64,000 nt of DNA, from NCBI RefSeq assembly GCF_000150275.1, contig NW_002060972.1:376500-440499 (forward strand), written 5' to 3'. Below the pieces are notes generated by a model that saw only the letters and a list, made by a program, of their open reading frames with translations, had not been told where the DNA came from and did not search any database. The position numbers were made by a program, and so were the translations under genes. The DNA comes from Trichoplax adhaerens (lineage: Eukaryota > Animalia > Placozoa). Positions 41,234 to 53,275 of the stretch are shown piece after piece. Numbering within the stretch: the stretch's first letter is position 1; every line of letters starts with the position of its first letter.

Positions 41234-44200
41234 TAATATTAGCCAAGCGAAATTCAATCACAACTTCAAGGTTAATTCATACTTTTTATAATCATCGAGT
41301 AAAATTAATCAAGAATTAGTCTTGACTTCAAATGAATCAATAGATGCAACTGGAATGGTATTAAAATATCACGTAGTGCTTGATAAGTTAAATAGAAAAA
41401 AATAAACCATAGAGAAATTAAGCATGTTATGCTTAATTAATCTATTACCTGTATCTCTCTCTAACCCACATACACTATATATATTTACCTTTCTTTAAAT
41501 ATATATGATGCATATATATGACTATTTACATATCTAACATTATGTGAGTTTCCCACTCCTTTAAAATCTTCACCATTCTTTATTCTGCAGCGATAATTCA
41601 ATCCACTACAAAAAATATTGATCCAACAATTACATGAAAATATCATGTCAATTTACTAATAGATATCAAAATTTGATCATTATTTTAGTTATAAATGGTA
41701 TTATTGTCGATAAATGATCAGTATTATTGGCAATCGATGTATAATATAGTTTACATCTACGTTATTGAACTAATAAGACATAAACGATCGAATTGTTGCA
41801 ATTCAGCTGATATTGATTATTTCTAGATTTACACTTAGCAATAATGTGGCAAAAATATCGTTTTGATACCAACCCATCTATTTAATCAATAAGTAATATT
41901 TTAAACGCGATATTATATCAATCAGCTGGGTAAAAAGGACGAGAGTATAATTTGAAAGGATCCATTTGGTAAATTTAACTCCATCCTTGATAACATTATC
42001 GGTACGATAATTTGGCAATCATTTTTTTTGTGATCTGGTTTATGCAAATATACGTAAAGTGGTACGTAAGCAATTTTATCGTGATCGTATTTAATTTTGA
42101 AACTTAATATCTGTATTCAAAATCGTTAACTTGAGCACTTATATATGTATATTGGTGTTTATAATCGCGATTTCTATATAAAAATATAGGCATTATTACA
42201 TATACTGTATAAATATGGATTTTATTCCAACCTTATATGAAAAAATAATTGTCAATTTTTGTTATCATAGTGGTAGAGTAAAATTTTCCACAGATAACTG
42301 AATTGCATAATTTACGTAGTTATTTCAGTAACTGAGTAGTCCATTAACAAATGTAATATAATGTTAATGTTGTTGTTGGCGTAATAGTTGTTTCCAAAGT
42401 TGTCTTCAATTTACTTGATTCATTCGGTAAATATATATGTCATTTAATATACCACAAAATATTAAATTGAGACAGCTGTGATTATGATTTTAAATAACTG
42501 CTGCAGTATACAGACTAATTTTCACTATTTTAACCATGTAAAAATCGCTATACCTTAAATTATGGTCTGGGTTTGTCAAGGGATCAAGGGAAGATTATAT
42601 CAATATTTGGTAATTCAAGAATGATTACTAGTACAAATCCTTCTAATTAACATAATTTAACTTGCTCATTTTATGTATCTATTCTTAACTATTTGAACCG
42701 TCAAAAGGAAATTAATCAATATTAATCACAAATTATAATTAAAATGTTCTTCAAATATCATTTAATCATTATTTCAGTGTAATACCTATGCTTCCTGCTA
42801 TGCTATGGACAGAATCAGTCATTAAACAATTTGGACTTCGATCAAATAAAGTAATTTTCACTAATTCCTTAATGCATTCCCTCGTATTTACTTCGATTGC
42901 GAATTCTCTCAAGGCTTATTCGGTTAATTCGCTCAATTTTAATTATGTTATGATTCTTCCTCGTTATGATGGCATGCAACAGTTTTGAAAATCTTTAATT
43001 TTTAATGGTAATTAGTCTTTGAAATGTATTCAACTATTTCTGCAGCCATTTTATTCACAATATGATCTTCAAGTAATATTAGCTGAAACATTAACACAAG
43101 GTGATAAAAAAGCTTGATAGATTTAAATCTGGATAAGTAGTATCGATTGCATGCAATCTTTTGGGCAAATAGTAAATCCTTAGCTGTAAAGATCAGGTCA
43201 AGAGACTAAGCTCATATAAAAACATTTTATGATATATAATTTACAAGCTTTTCACGCATCTGCAGATATACAACAGCATAAAATTGTGATACAAATTGTA
43301 TAATGTAAAAAGTTTAACTAACTATGGAAGTCAGTATACAGTTTTAAGATATATTACTTCGATATGCCACTCAACTCGTCACTTCGTTACATAACTGGAC
43401 TATCGCCATTTCGCCGTAACGTTTGCCGCATAATAATATGTAGAGAAATAAAACATATCTTGCAAGGTTGATAGAAAAGATGATTAGTCGATGTTGTTTC
43501 GAAACAATTTAAAAAATATAAAAATAATCAACAAGAATCGATATCTGTTTTCTGTTTCAGTTTGTTAATACCCAGATTCGATTTTTGAGTCTTTTAATTT
43601 AACTGAAACAAAACAAGACAACTATTTAATAAGGATTATCTTATTATAAATTACTTTTGTCGATTAACTAATAATTTCCTTAACGCAAAATCTATATTGA
43701 CAACCAGCTTCTGATAAAAATTGATTGCGCTTCTTAAAAATAAAATTGATCAAAATATGTCAAAAGATATAGTATCAGGTCATTTTTCTGCAATTTCAAT
43801 GTCCATCATATATAAATTATATTATTAATCATATGGCGTTATTATAACGTCGTATTTCAATAATATTGTTCTATTTGTAGATTACGTTTTAGAGTGGAAA
43901 AATAGTGATCGGGATAAAATTCATTAGTATTAATATGACTGTAAATCAAATTTAAACTTTAGTTACAGTCATGTATTTAATCTACTTTTCAAAAGCATCA
44001 ATGGCAAATATATTTGCCAATACAGCATACGCAAAAGAGATGATTTACTGTACATTAACGCTATTAATGAAAAACTTGATGAAAGCACATTAGTAGCATT
44101 GCACTGAGATAAAAATTGATGTAATATACAAAATGATATTCCCTGCGTTTGCAATGTAGCTGACCAAGGCGATACTGATTTGTGCAGTTACGGATACTAC

Positions 44201-44294
44201 ACTGTTAAAGTGCCTAGCAATTCTTCTTTTTTTGCAAAACGTAAACTAAGCATGTGCAAATTTACAGGCAACGTGCAGAAGCTTGGAAGCAGAG

Positions 44295-47200
44295 CTAATC
44301 TATAGCAGCAGCTTGTTGCTTTCTCCTAATATAAAATAAAAGTCAAGAAATGAAACAGGATCATTCGCAAGATTACGCCTGAATACAATACCGTTTCCGA
44401 TAAGTGAATAATCGCATTACAAGAAAAGTTCGGAATGTACTTAACAATATTTTAGACAAAGAATATACTACATAATCTATTCATTTTATTAAATTAGCAT
44501 AGTATTATCTTGATATTATCTCAATCAGTGTAGATTGAAAATGCGTAACTATATGCAATAAATATTCCTTATAGATTTAACTTTGTCCGTTAGCTTCCAA
44601 GTAGTATGTTAAAGCGGAATATTTTTCATATTTTTAATTAGCGACAGCTCAACCTTAATTATTCTTAAAGTGCTGGTAAAGTACACATTTTTACTAGGCC
44701 AAAATGGCTACATTTTATAAATAGTAGGACAATTAAATGTTTCTATATATGGCTATACTGCCTAGTAATGTGAAATACTACCTTTTTATCCTTGCACACT
44801 TTGGACAGCTATCCAAAGTGGCTTTACATCTTTTATGGTAGCAGGTATGACAATCTAAGCAAATACAAGATAAAAATATTAATAATATTAACTGTCTTAT
44901 TAAGCATATAAACTGATACATTTATATCAAGATAAAATACTAGTTATTAAATACCTTACCATCGCATTGATAACAAGTAAGTATTTCAAAAGGATAGATA
45001 AGAGTTTCGCTCTTGCATATTTCGCATATGAAACCTTTCAGACGGCATAGCTTTATTTTGATAATACGGTAAAGGAAATTATAATTATCAGACAAGATTT
45101 GATCACTTACGCTTAAGTCATTAAAGTATATGCAGTAAATTGATTTACCTGACATTGTGAGATATGAGCCGCGTTGGCTATTACGTATGGCTCCAAGATG
45201 GCATTAAGTTCTTTCTTTTTTACCTGTAATTAGTATATTATTTCGGTTACATTTAAAGCAACGGATATAGAATCTAGCAACAGTAACTATATTAAATAAT
45301 TCATTTTAGTTCTTACACTCATAAAATCATGCATGGAATATACATGTGGTTGATCGATGATATGAAGAGGTAGCTTCTCTAGTCTTTCCAGCAATCCTTT
45401 CGATGATCCACAAGTAGAGATATATTTCTTGAGGTGAAATAGTTGTATTCTCAGTTCCTTAATTATACATTAACCAATAGTTGTCATCAACGTTATTATT
45501 GACATTGATATTTTATTACATGATTTTTTAATTCTAATTTAAGCAGGTAAGCAAAGCTGACCTTTACAGTATTTAGAGTTTTCTTCTTGTATAACGATTG
45601 ATTAATATCCATCACGTTAAATAATGGATCATGATGCATTTTAGTTAATAATTCACGCGCCATATTGGAAACAGGAAACTTAGTAAAGTCCCATTTTTGA
45701 ATCACATGCCCAGGTATTATCGCAGTAGCATTTCCATGACATGTGTGACAGAAATATTTACCAAAATATTCGCAATAACGAAAACGCTTAGAATAACCTA
45801 TAATATGATATTCGATATAATATTAGAATAACAACTTGAATGGCATTAGTATTAGTTTTTCAATATCAAAACTAGAGTCATATGCCTTTATCAACTTTCA
45901 TTCCACAACCAGCACATCGATAATTTGCCTGTGCAATAACTGTCTTTCGTCTATATAAGAAGATATTAGAGATATCATATTATTAACTGTTTTTAATTGA
46001 ATGCTTTAAAGGGATGATAAAAACGTTTGCAATAATCTTACTTTGTCTGAGGATGAATAATAAATATTATTTGCTGTCTTGGTGGAGCCCATTCTAGGTT
46101 TCCACGAATTCGTGGCTGATGTACACATAATTATCAAATGAATTGAAGTAGATTAATTGTTCCTATACATCTATGTATGACAGTAACCACTTACAGTAGA
46201 TTGTTCCATTGATTCAGTTAACGTTGAATTGGTCGCTGATTCACTTGATAAAACTGGATTAGGTAAAAGCTCCTGTGGCACTTCAGTATCTGATATTAAT
46301 AAATTGGTATCGGCTGCAGGTTTATCGGAGTATTGCTTCGCAACACTTGCCAATAGTGATCTCGCCAAATACTCAGCGGAATTTGTATCGTTACCGCTAT
46401 ATGTTAGAATTTCGTAATGGCATTTATTATGATTATTTTCTTGGAAGTAAGGAAAAAAAAGACGTGAATGCTTACACATAATTTAAATAATCGTTTACCT
46501 TTCCTTACTTTCCGTTTGGATATACTGGCTATACGAATCATAAGATTCTGCAAAAGATAAAACAGCAGCCAAAAAAAGCTTGAGTACTTCCATAAATTAT
46601 CAACATAGTAAAGAGTTTACTCAGTCCTTAATTCTACTAACTTTTCCGTGTAAGGGTGTTACTTCTGGATACTTTTAGTTCATCGATAGTAGAATTAACT
46701 GTAGACTCATTTACATTCGATAAATCTAACGAAAAGTCATAAGAAGAGAGAGCTCTGCGGTAAATAAATTATTATTCTAGCGTAGTAATAAAATAAACCA
46801 GCTTCTGATAATTAAGACTAAATAATAATATTTAGAATTATCGTACCTTCCCAGCTATTAGAAATGACATCAGCTATTTTAAAAACAATAAATGATTAAA
46901 TATATGATTCTTTTGATATCTGCATCTTCTATTTAAATCACATGAAAGGAAAACATGGCAGTAGCTATTACTGCAGTACCTGAATCATTCTTTCCAAGTT
47001 GAGAAACCTGTAATGATAAAATAGTTTTACTACTGACATAAAACTGTATTACTGTCTATCTAGTACACATTACCTCATCACCAGAACTTTCGTCTTCTAC
47101 TTCTTCATTAAATGTACAATCGAGAGGTTCCAAAATTTTCTGACATCGAATCTGAAGGAATAGAATCATTCACTATGATAAATTTGTTCATTCTGAGGAT

Positions 47201-50200
47201 AAGGCTATATTATTACTAAAAAATGCAGGTCGTAGAATGATCCTTCATTTTAAAATATGCACTCATGCAATTAAGAACATCCCCCAATAGCTAACCGCTT
47301 CAATGTGCGTTATGACGGATTCAGCTAAGGATATATGAGCATTTTCCTATTTAAAAAATAAATTTCAATAATACGTTAGTTACATAATATTGTAGCTGAA
47401 AACAATCAATTCTATTAGAATTATGATATAATTATTGTGCTAACGAAGTAACTAAGTCTGCATACTCGTTCTAATTCTTCAGTTGATGCAATATCTGATA
47501 ACATTGCAATGTCTCGGACTATATCTGATAATTCTCTATCAACGGGGTTGCTGGGCTGTTGTGATGATATAGATATTTTTCTATTTTCTGTAAGATAAAG
47601 TCATTATTAATGCACAAAAATATAATATTTTATAAGGGATCCGATAACAGTTATCCCTAAAGAGGTAAGATGAATCGAAATTTTAACCAGTTCACTTTTT
47701 ATAAACTTATTCATTAAGTAGTGTATATGAAAGAGGCAAGCATCTTATAGAGCAAAATGTAGGGCTTTAACAGTTAATATGAGATGCTTATCCAAATACT
47801 ATTCTTAGGTACTACAGATAAAATACTTTACACACTTTTCTATGAAGAGCAGAGGACAATATCAAAAGCGCAACATAGAACGTAAAATTGCATTCTTTAA
47901 TAGTAACTATCGACTATGCAAGATGAAATCCAATTTAAATCAACAGTCAATATTGTCAACTGGTAGGGTTAATGTAATCTGAAAGCCGACTATGTATAAC
48001 ATATGCCAACGAAGAATCGCATTGCCGTACGAACAGCACTCGGTACGTCGAAACGCAGATAATATAACATTAATACATATTTCCTAGACTGAAACATATG
48101 GTGGGTTGATAGATGAAATACGTATTCGATTTATGTTCATTACACAAGCAAATTATGTATTACAGGAAGGAGTCAAGTTTACAGATAGTTATGTAGTAAT
48201 TATATAACTTTTTAGAAGCAGTGTACAACACTCACGATATACATGCACGTAGATTGACGATATTAATAAAACATACTTCCTTTCTTTTGCTTGGGTGATA
48301 TTTCGCTGTTTATGTTTAATTCTCGAGATGTTTTATCTTGGCTGGTTAAATCATCAGTATTCTCGAAAGCTATGTTGGAAGATTGGAGTACTGGACTACG
48401 GGCAACAATATCTTTATGTGATAAAAGTTTATCTGAAGTTACTTTAACATTAAACTGAAATTGACTACGATCACTAGCGTTGTTTTCAAACGTAGGTGAA
48501 AAAATATCATCCAAATTTGTTTCATCAGAAGAACTTCCAGATGTGAATAATTTTCTTTTGTTTTCAGTACGATTACTATGAATTGGATTCGTAAAATTTC
48601 CAACCTTGGTTAATTCATGGAGTTTGCGTTGGTTGTTACTGGTTGTAATTTTAGTTACTTTAATTGGAGTGCTATCATGTTGTACAGCTTGCAAGGGATC
48701 ACCAGATGTTAAAGGATCAATTGCATGATAATTGGAAAGATTTACTGGTAATTGATTATAATTATTATTGTCATTTTCTTCATCATTGGATTTAGTTGAT
48801 AGCAAACGCATAAGCTGGGACTCAAGTGATCCCGGTAAACTGCTGTCTTCGTCTAAACCTGTACTAACAGAGGCTGATAAAGGTGTATATGCATCTGCTT
48901 GATTTGGCGTCAACGAACGATGAAAATTTATTACTCGATTTCGACCGTTATTACTGCATGTGTCTTGGGACAAATTATAGATATTCCATGGTTGACTTTT
49001 CGAACGAGTTTTTAGTATACCATCGGGCAATGGTACATCTACTTCGTTTTCTTCTTCAGCTATAGTATAGGACTGCTGAATTGACGATGATAGTCCAGAG
49101 AGTTCCTGAGGACGATTAAAAACGCTGCGTTTACGCTGCCTGCACTCCTTTCCTTTATCGCTGGAGTTGTCTAAGGTTGTCGAATTTAAGCTAGGATCGG
49201 TCTCATCTAATATGGAAGAGTTTTGAGGTTGTGATTGATGTCTTTTCAAATTTGAATTAGCAATCTGATGTCCATTGTCATAACTGAAGCTTCTTCGCAT
49301 ATATAAACTGCCTGATTGCACTGGTTGACTAGAACTTAATAATGAAAATTGAGAAGAAGTTGGGAAAGTCTCTTGGCTACTATGGAAGGATAAATTCGGT
49401 GTAGATAGATTGTTGACATTTTCTAGTTGTTTTCTTAACTGCAGACATATTATGGAACATGATTAATTCGATAGCATTTATTATATTTTGATAGAAAGGA
49501 CGATGGATCAAAAATAACTTTAACCAGCTGAATAATATTGACAAGGAATATTTTACTTACTTGCGCTGGATTAACTTCTGCTAAGATCGCGGGATCACTA
49601 CGTTCGACAGCTTCTAGGCACCTTTGTAAAGCTTCTCGACAGAAATTGCTGCGTAAAAATGCACCCTCTATTGACAATAGTTGTACAAAATATATGGAAA
49701 CATAACAAACTCCAAGTTAGAATTAAGAATGAATTGATTGACCAATTGCAATTTCAGTAAGCCTGGGTAAATGATTACAACCGATTGTAACAAATGATTA
49801 ACCTGCATAAAACAGACATAGTTCGGTTTGATGCAAAGATAATTCACAAATGGACTTGCTCAGGCAATGATTTGATAGAGAAAATTCTAGCCATATACGA
49901 GATGGACACTCTTGGGCTTCAATTTTGTCATGCTGTGCTTTACCAGTATTTAACTCGATTAAGGATGCTTTACATAGTTGTTGAATAACGGGCCAGAAAT
50001 TGCCGCCACCAACCTAACATCATTACAGATAGTCAATTGTTGTTATTATGGTACGTGTCTATTGCAATTTACTAGTCGTAGTAGTGGCGAGATATCTGAT
50101 AGCAGTTTCAAGTAGAAGGTTACTGCAATAGCAAATTTGAAACATTCGCATTTTTTTTACGATGTTCCAATTTGGATAACATCAATACAATGTGGTACTA

Positions 50201-51977
50201 TAAAGTCAATGCTATTTATACTGTAAATTGGCTGCATGTTATGATTCTTACTTCAAGACTGTATCAGCATTGGCCACCTCAATCAAGTGCAATTATTATT
50301 TGATTTAGACTATCCATCAGTACTGAAAATATCAACCGGTTATCACAGCCTTAAATCGTCATAACAATAACAACTATCAACGATGGCTGTGAATGAATAC
50401 TATGTTAAACAAGCGTTGCTAATGTCATACAGTCTGCCAATAGCAACAACACAGATGTCTTTCGAGTGAGAAAGAAGCTTGGCAGGTATACATAGGAAAG
50501 ATTACAAGTGATAAAGTCAAGATGATGGCATACGTCTAGGTAGATGTACGCTATATATGTTTCTGTATCAATGATCAATACTCGTCTAAGATTGTAGATA
50601 TTACAATCCTTTGGCCTTGGCTTATTTGTGTATGTACATTGAGTGTACCGAGTGTGCACTACACTGTACATCTATGGCCTATAAATACTGTCGTAAGTCT
50701 AGGGATATCTCAGATTTACATGGGTATATTGCAAACTAGCATGATAATACAGTATTATTTTACTAGCAGGTACGTCTATTTTAATTATCACTGGGGACAA
50801 TGATACTGCAGATTGATAGTATGGTAGTTATAACTGGTATGTTTGACTTTATACTTTGTTGATGGAAAGAAATGATACCTGTTAGGGTATCAACAGACAC
50901 ACGATATTGTATCCAATTAAGAACAGGTTTCCATTGATGGAATCATACAAATTGATTGATGTACTATAGGATATGTCATCAGTGAACGAAGTCAACGATT
51001 AGAAATTACTTTCGGTTCGATTGTAGACTCGCCTACAGCATAAGACGTCCATTTTCCTAGAACTGACTATGCTATTACAATCAATACACTCCATGTATTC
51101 CATATTCTCCAGTGGATGAATTGCAGCTTATTGACACGCTCGATTGGTATATTGCATCCAATGCCATACTAGGCGTTATTCTTGACAGTTTGATGCAGTA
51201 TGATTGGGCCCAAATTATAATCACAAGATTAATTATTAAGGTGTCCGGGCTTGGAGCGAGATGAGATCAAGTAACTTGTCAAGTCAATGGATTCAACATA
51301 ATTTATAAACATGGACAATTTTTACTAGGAGATAATGATGTTGAAGCCTCGATCCCATCGGTATGGTCTAGTAGAAGTGTTTGTCGTGTAAGGCTTTACT
51401 CGATATTGATGTGCAAGCATATGAAATCGATGCAAGATTACTTTAATTCAATCGTGCTCACAATGAAATCGATTAGTACTACTACAGTAATATCAGGCAC
51501 AACATCATCATCCATTGTTGATTAGTAAAGTCAATGAAATGGAATGTTGATCCCTAACTGTCTCAAGTATGTCATGATAAACCCGTGGAATGGCATCATG
51601 ATTATAACGTATTACAACATGGTGAAAATATTGTCAACATCATCCAATACAAACAGCATAGTTTAGCTGTAGTCTAATCTGGTGAAATGCCTATCAGCTT
51701 AACCACTATTCTCTATAAGGGTAGACTGTATCGTGTATAGAAGAGTATAGGTCATGAACAAACTGGAGTGTCCATGTTGTTTACGCGTGGAATACTAAGT
51801 CTTTCTTACTTGTAATTGATGCTGAAATAAATCTTGTATATTATCTGATAGACGTTTTAAGCCACCATAAGTGGAAAAGATATTGCAATGATCAGATGAT
51901 AATAGGCTTTCCACCGTATTTTTCACGCGAACAAGCAGAGAATAACATTGCTTGTTGGCATAATGTTGAGCCGCCAT
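44295..51977 (-). CDS. RUBCN: Rubicon-family protein (RUN domain and cysteine-rich Rubicon-homology domain; Beclin-1/PI3KC3/Rab7-interacting autophagy regulator), about 1007 aa
   Basis: Exons are 51977-51810, 50013-49803, 49667-49561, 49438-48277, 47587-47466, 47346-47296, 47151-47074, 47007-46980, 46873-46847, 46547-46509, 46439-46195, 46115-46042, 45950-45886, 45797-45562, 45457-45317, 45223-45149, 45050-44960, 44854-44782 and 44325-44295 (total 3024 nt, phase-consistent; the small middle exons are less certain). Hallmark peptides: [91 protein letters not shown]...[38 protein letters not shown]...CPKC. Confidence 0.93.
45798..45885 (-). other. Non-canonical GC-AG intron in the Rubicon RH domain
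   Basis: Only the donor AAAG|GCATAT at 45886/45885 gives the phase-1 junction [19 protein letters not shown] that preserves the CxxC and spacing. Read-through hits TGA two codons later. Confidence 0.75.
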
Positions 51978-51981
51978 CTTG
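51970..51981 (-). promoter_or_regulatory. YY1-consensus motif overlapping the Rubicon start codon
   Basis: The minus strand reads CAAGATGGCGGC, the canonical YY1 motif, and contains the ATG at 51977. Confidence 0.5.
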
Positions 51982-52110
51982 CCATTCTCCAAGTCAGTCA
52001 GTCAGTCAGTGTCTATGGTGTCGTTTGCCAGTGCCGATCACAGTCCTATGACCAACATGACGATGACAAGTGTACCCAGTACGGTGTCCACTTGTCAGTT
52101 GATGCGCAGA

Positions 52111-52118
52111 TGACGTCA
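52111..52118. promoter_or_regulatory. CRE palindrome (CREB/ATF site) upstream of Rubicon
   Basis: A perfect TGACGTCA lies about 135 bp upstream of the ATG in a locally CpG-richer segment. NRF1-like TGCGCATGTG (52408) and GTGCATGCGT (about 52508) are nearby. Confidence 0.4.
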
Positions 52119-52522
52119 ACAAGGTTTACTACAGTACAGTGTCGTCGTTGTACACTGTACAACACATGACTGTACTCTCGGTCTTCATGGTTGATGACAA
52201 GCCTTCTGAACAAGCTTGCCACTAAAGCACAAGGTATTCGAACATAGCCGTGTATTCCAGCTGATGACCATGGCCAAGATGTCCATTATTGGCAAAAAGG
52301 ATGTCACCGTGAATGAATTTTGTCAGAGAATTTTTGGACAGACAGATTACAGTACTGTCCTCTACAGTGTACACTGTACAGTACTGTAGAACGAGCGTGG
52401 TGTCTACTGCGCATGTGGAGTCCAGTACAACCTGGAACGGAACAGAAAGAGTGTGCTTGCTTACTGTATCTGCTGGTACTGTAGCTGAGCATGTGCAATG
52501 GTGAAATGTGCATGCGTACCGC

Positions 52523-53040
52523 ACTGTACTGTTTTGTGTATCATTGAAATAGGCCATCTCTCCGTCTCTCCGTTCCTTTCCTGGGGTATACACTATACAA
52601 CTGTACAGTACAGTATAGCGTTATTATCTTCCCTTTCAGTTTGTCCTATACAGTACAGTACACTGTACACTCAGTGTACAGTACTGTGCTATTCTGTGTA
52701 TCATAGAAATAGGCAATCTCGCCGTTCCTTTCCTGGGGTATACTGTACACTGTACAGCGTTATTACCTTCCCTTTCAGTTCGTACTACTGTATACTGTAC
52801 ACTAGTATACTGTACTGTGCTATTCTGTCTATCATTGAAATATGCAATCTCTCCGTTCCTTTCCTGGGGTATACGTCGTACTGTACACTGTACAGTACGA
52901 CGTTATTATCTTCCCTTGCAGTTTGTACAGTACTATGCTGTTCTGTGTATCATTGAAATACTGTAGGCAATCTCTCCGTTCCGTTCCTTTCATGGGTACA
53001 GTATACAGTACAGTACAGTACAGTACAGTACAGTATAGTA
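52523..53040. repeat. Four-copy tandem array with conserved blocks and hypervariable TACAG/CTGTA-built spacers
   Basis: The block tgtgtatcattgaaataggcaatctctccgttcctttcctggggta recurs at about 52535, 52695, 52826 and 52944. The block cgttattatcttccctttcagtt recurs in copies 1-3. The array ends in a pure (TACAG)6 run at 53004-53033. Confidence 0.9.
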
Positions 53041-53275
53041 CTGTACACTGTACAGTACGCTATTGTCGATTTTCTTGTAGTTAGCTCAGCCACCTCAGCC
53101 CATTCCAGGGACTTCAAGAGAAATTCTTCTTACAGTACTCAAAAAGTACTGTATACAGTACCCAATAAACTGGAATTGTACTGTACACTGTACGCTATTG
53201 TCGATTTTCTTGTAGTTAGCTCAGCCACCTCAGCCCATTCCAGCGACTTGAAGAGAAATTCTTCTTACTCAAGTC
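53040..53275. repeat. Two-copy direct duplication (about 90 bp core, period about 135-140 bp)
   Basis: ctgtacactgtac..gctattgtcgattttcttgtagttagctcagccacctcagcccattccag(g/c)gactt(c/g)aagagaaattcttctta occurs at about 53041 and 53181. Confidence 0.9.

Noticed and set aside
41416-41438. Hairpin aattaagcat-gtt-atgcttaatt next to an AATAAA in the glypican 3' region
   Set aside because: It is a short AT-rich stem likely to occur by chance, with no SECIS or other known element features.
46229-49988. Plus-strand ORFs inside the Rubicon locus (46229, 46275, 48883, 49794)
   Set aside because: They are antisense shadows of Rubicon exons.
52523-53040. CRISPR array
   Set aside because: The context is eukaryotic, there are no cas genes, the repeats are long and imperfect, and the spacers are low-complexity TACAG/CTGTA derivatives.
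52222-53084. Overlapping 63-152 aa ORFs rich in YCT/VQYST
   Set aside because: They are by-products of translating the pentamer repeats and have no domain features.
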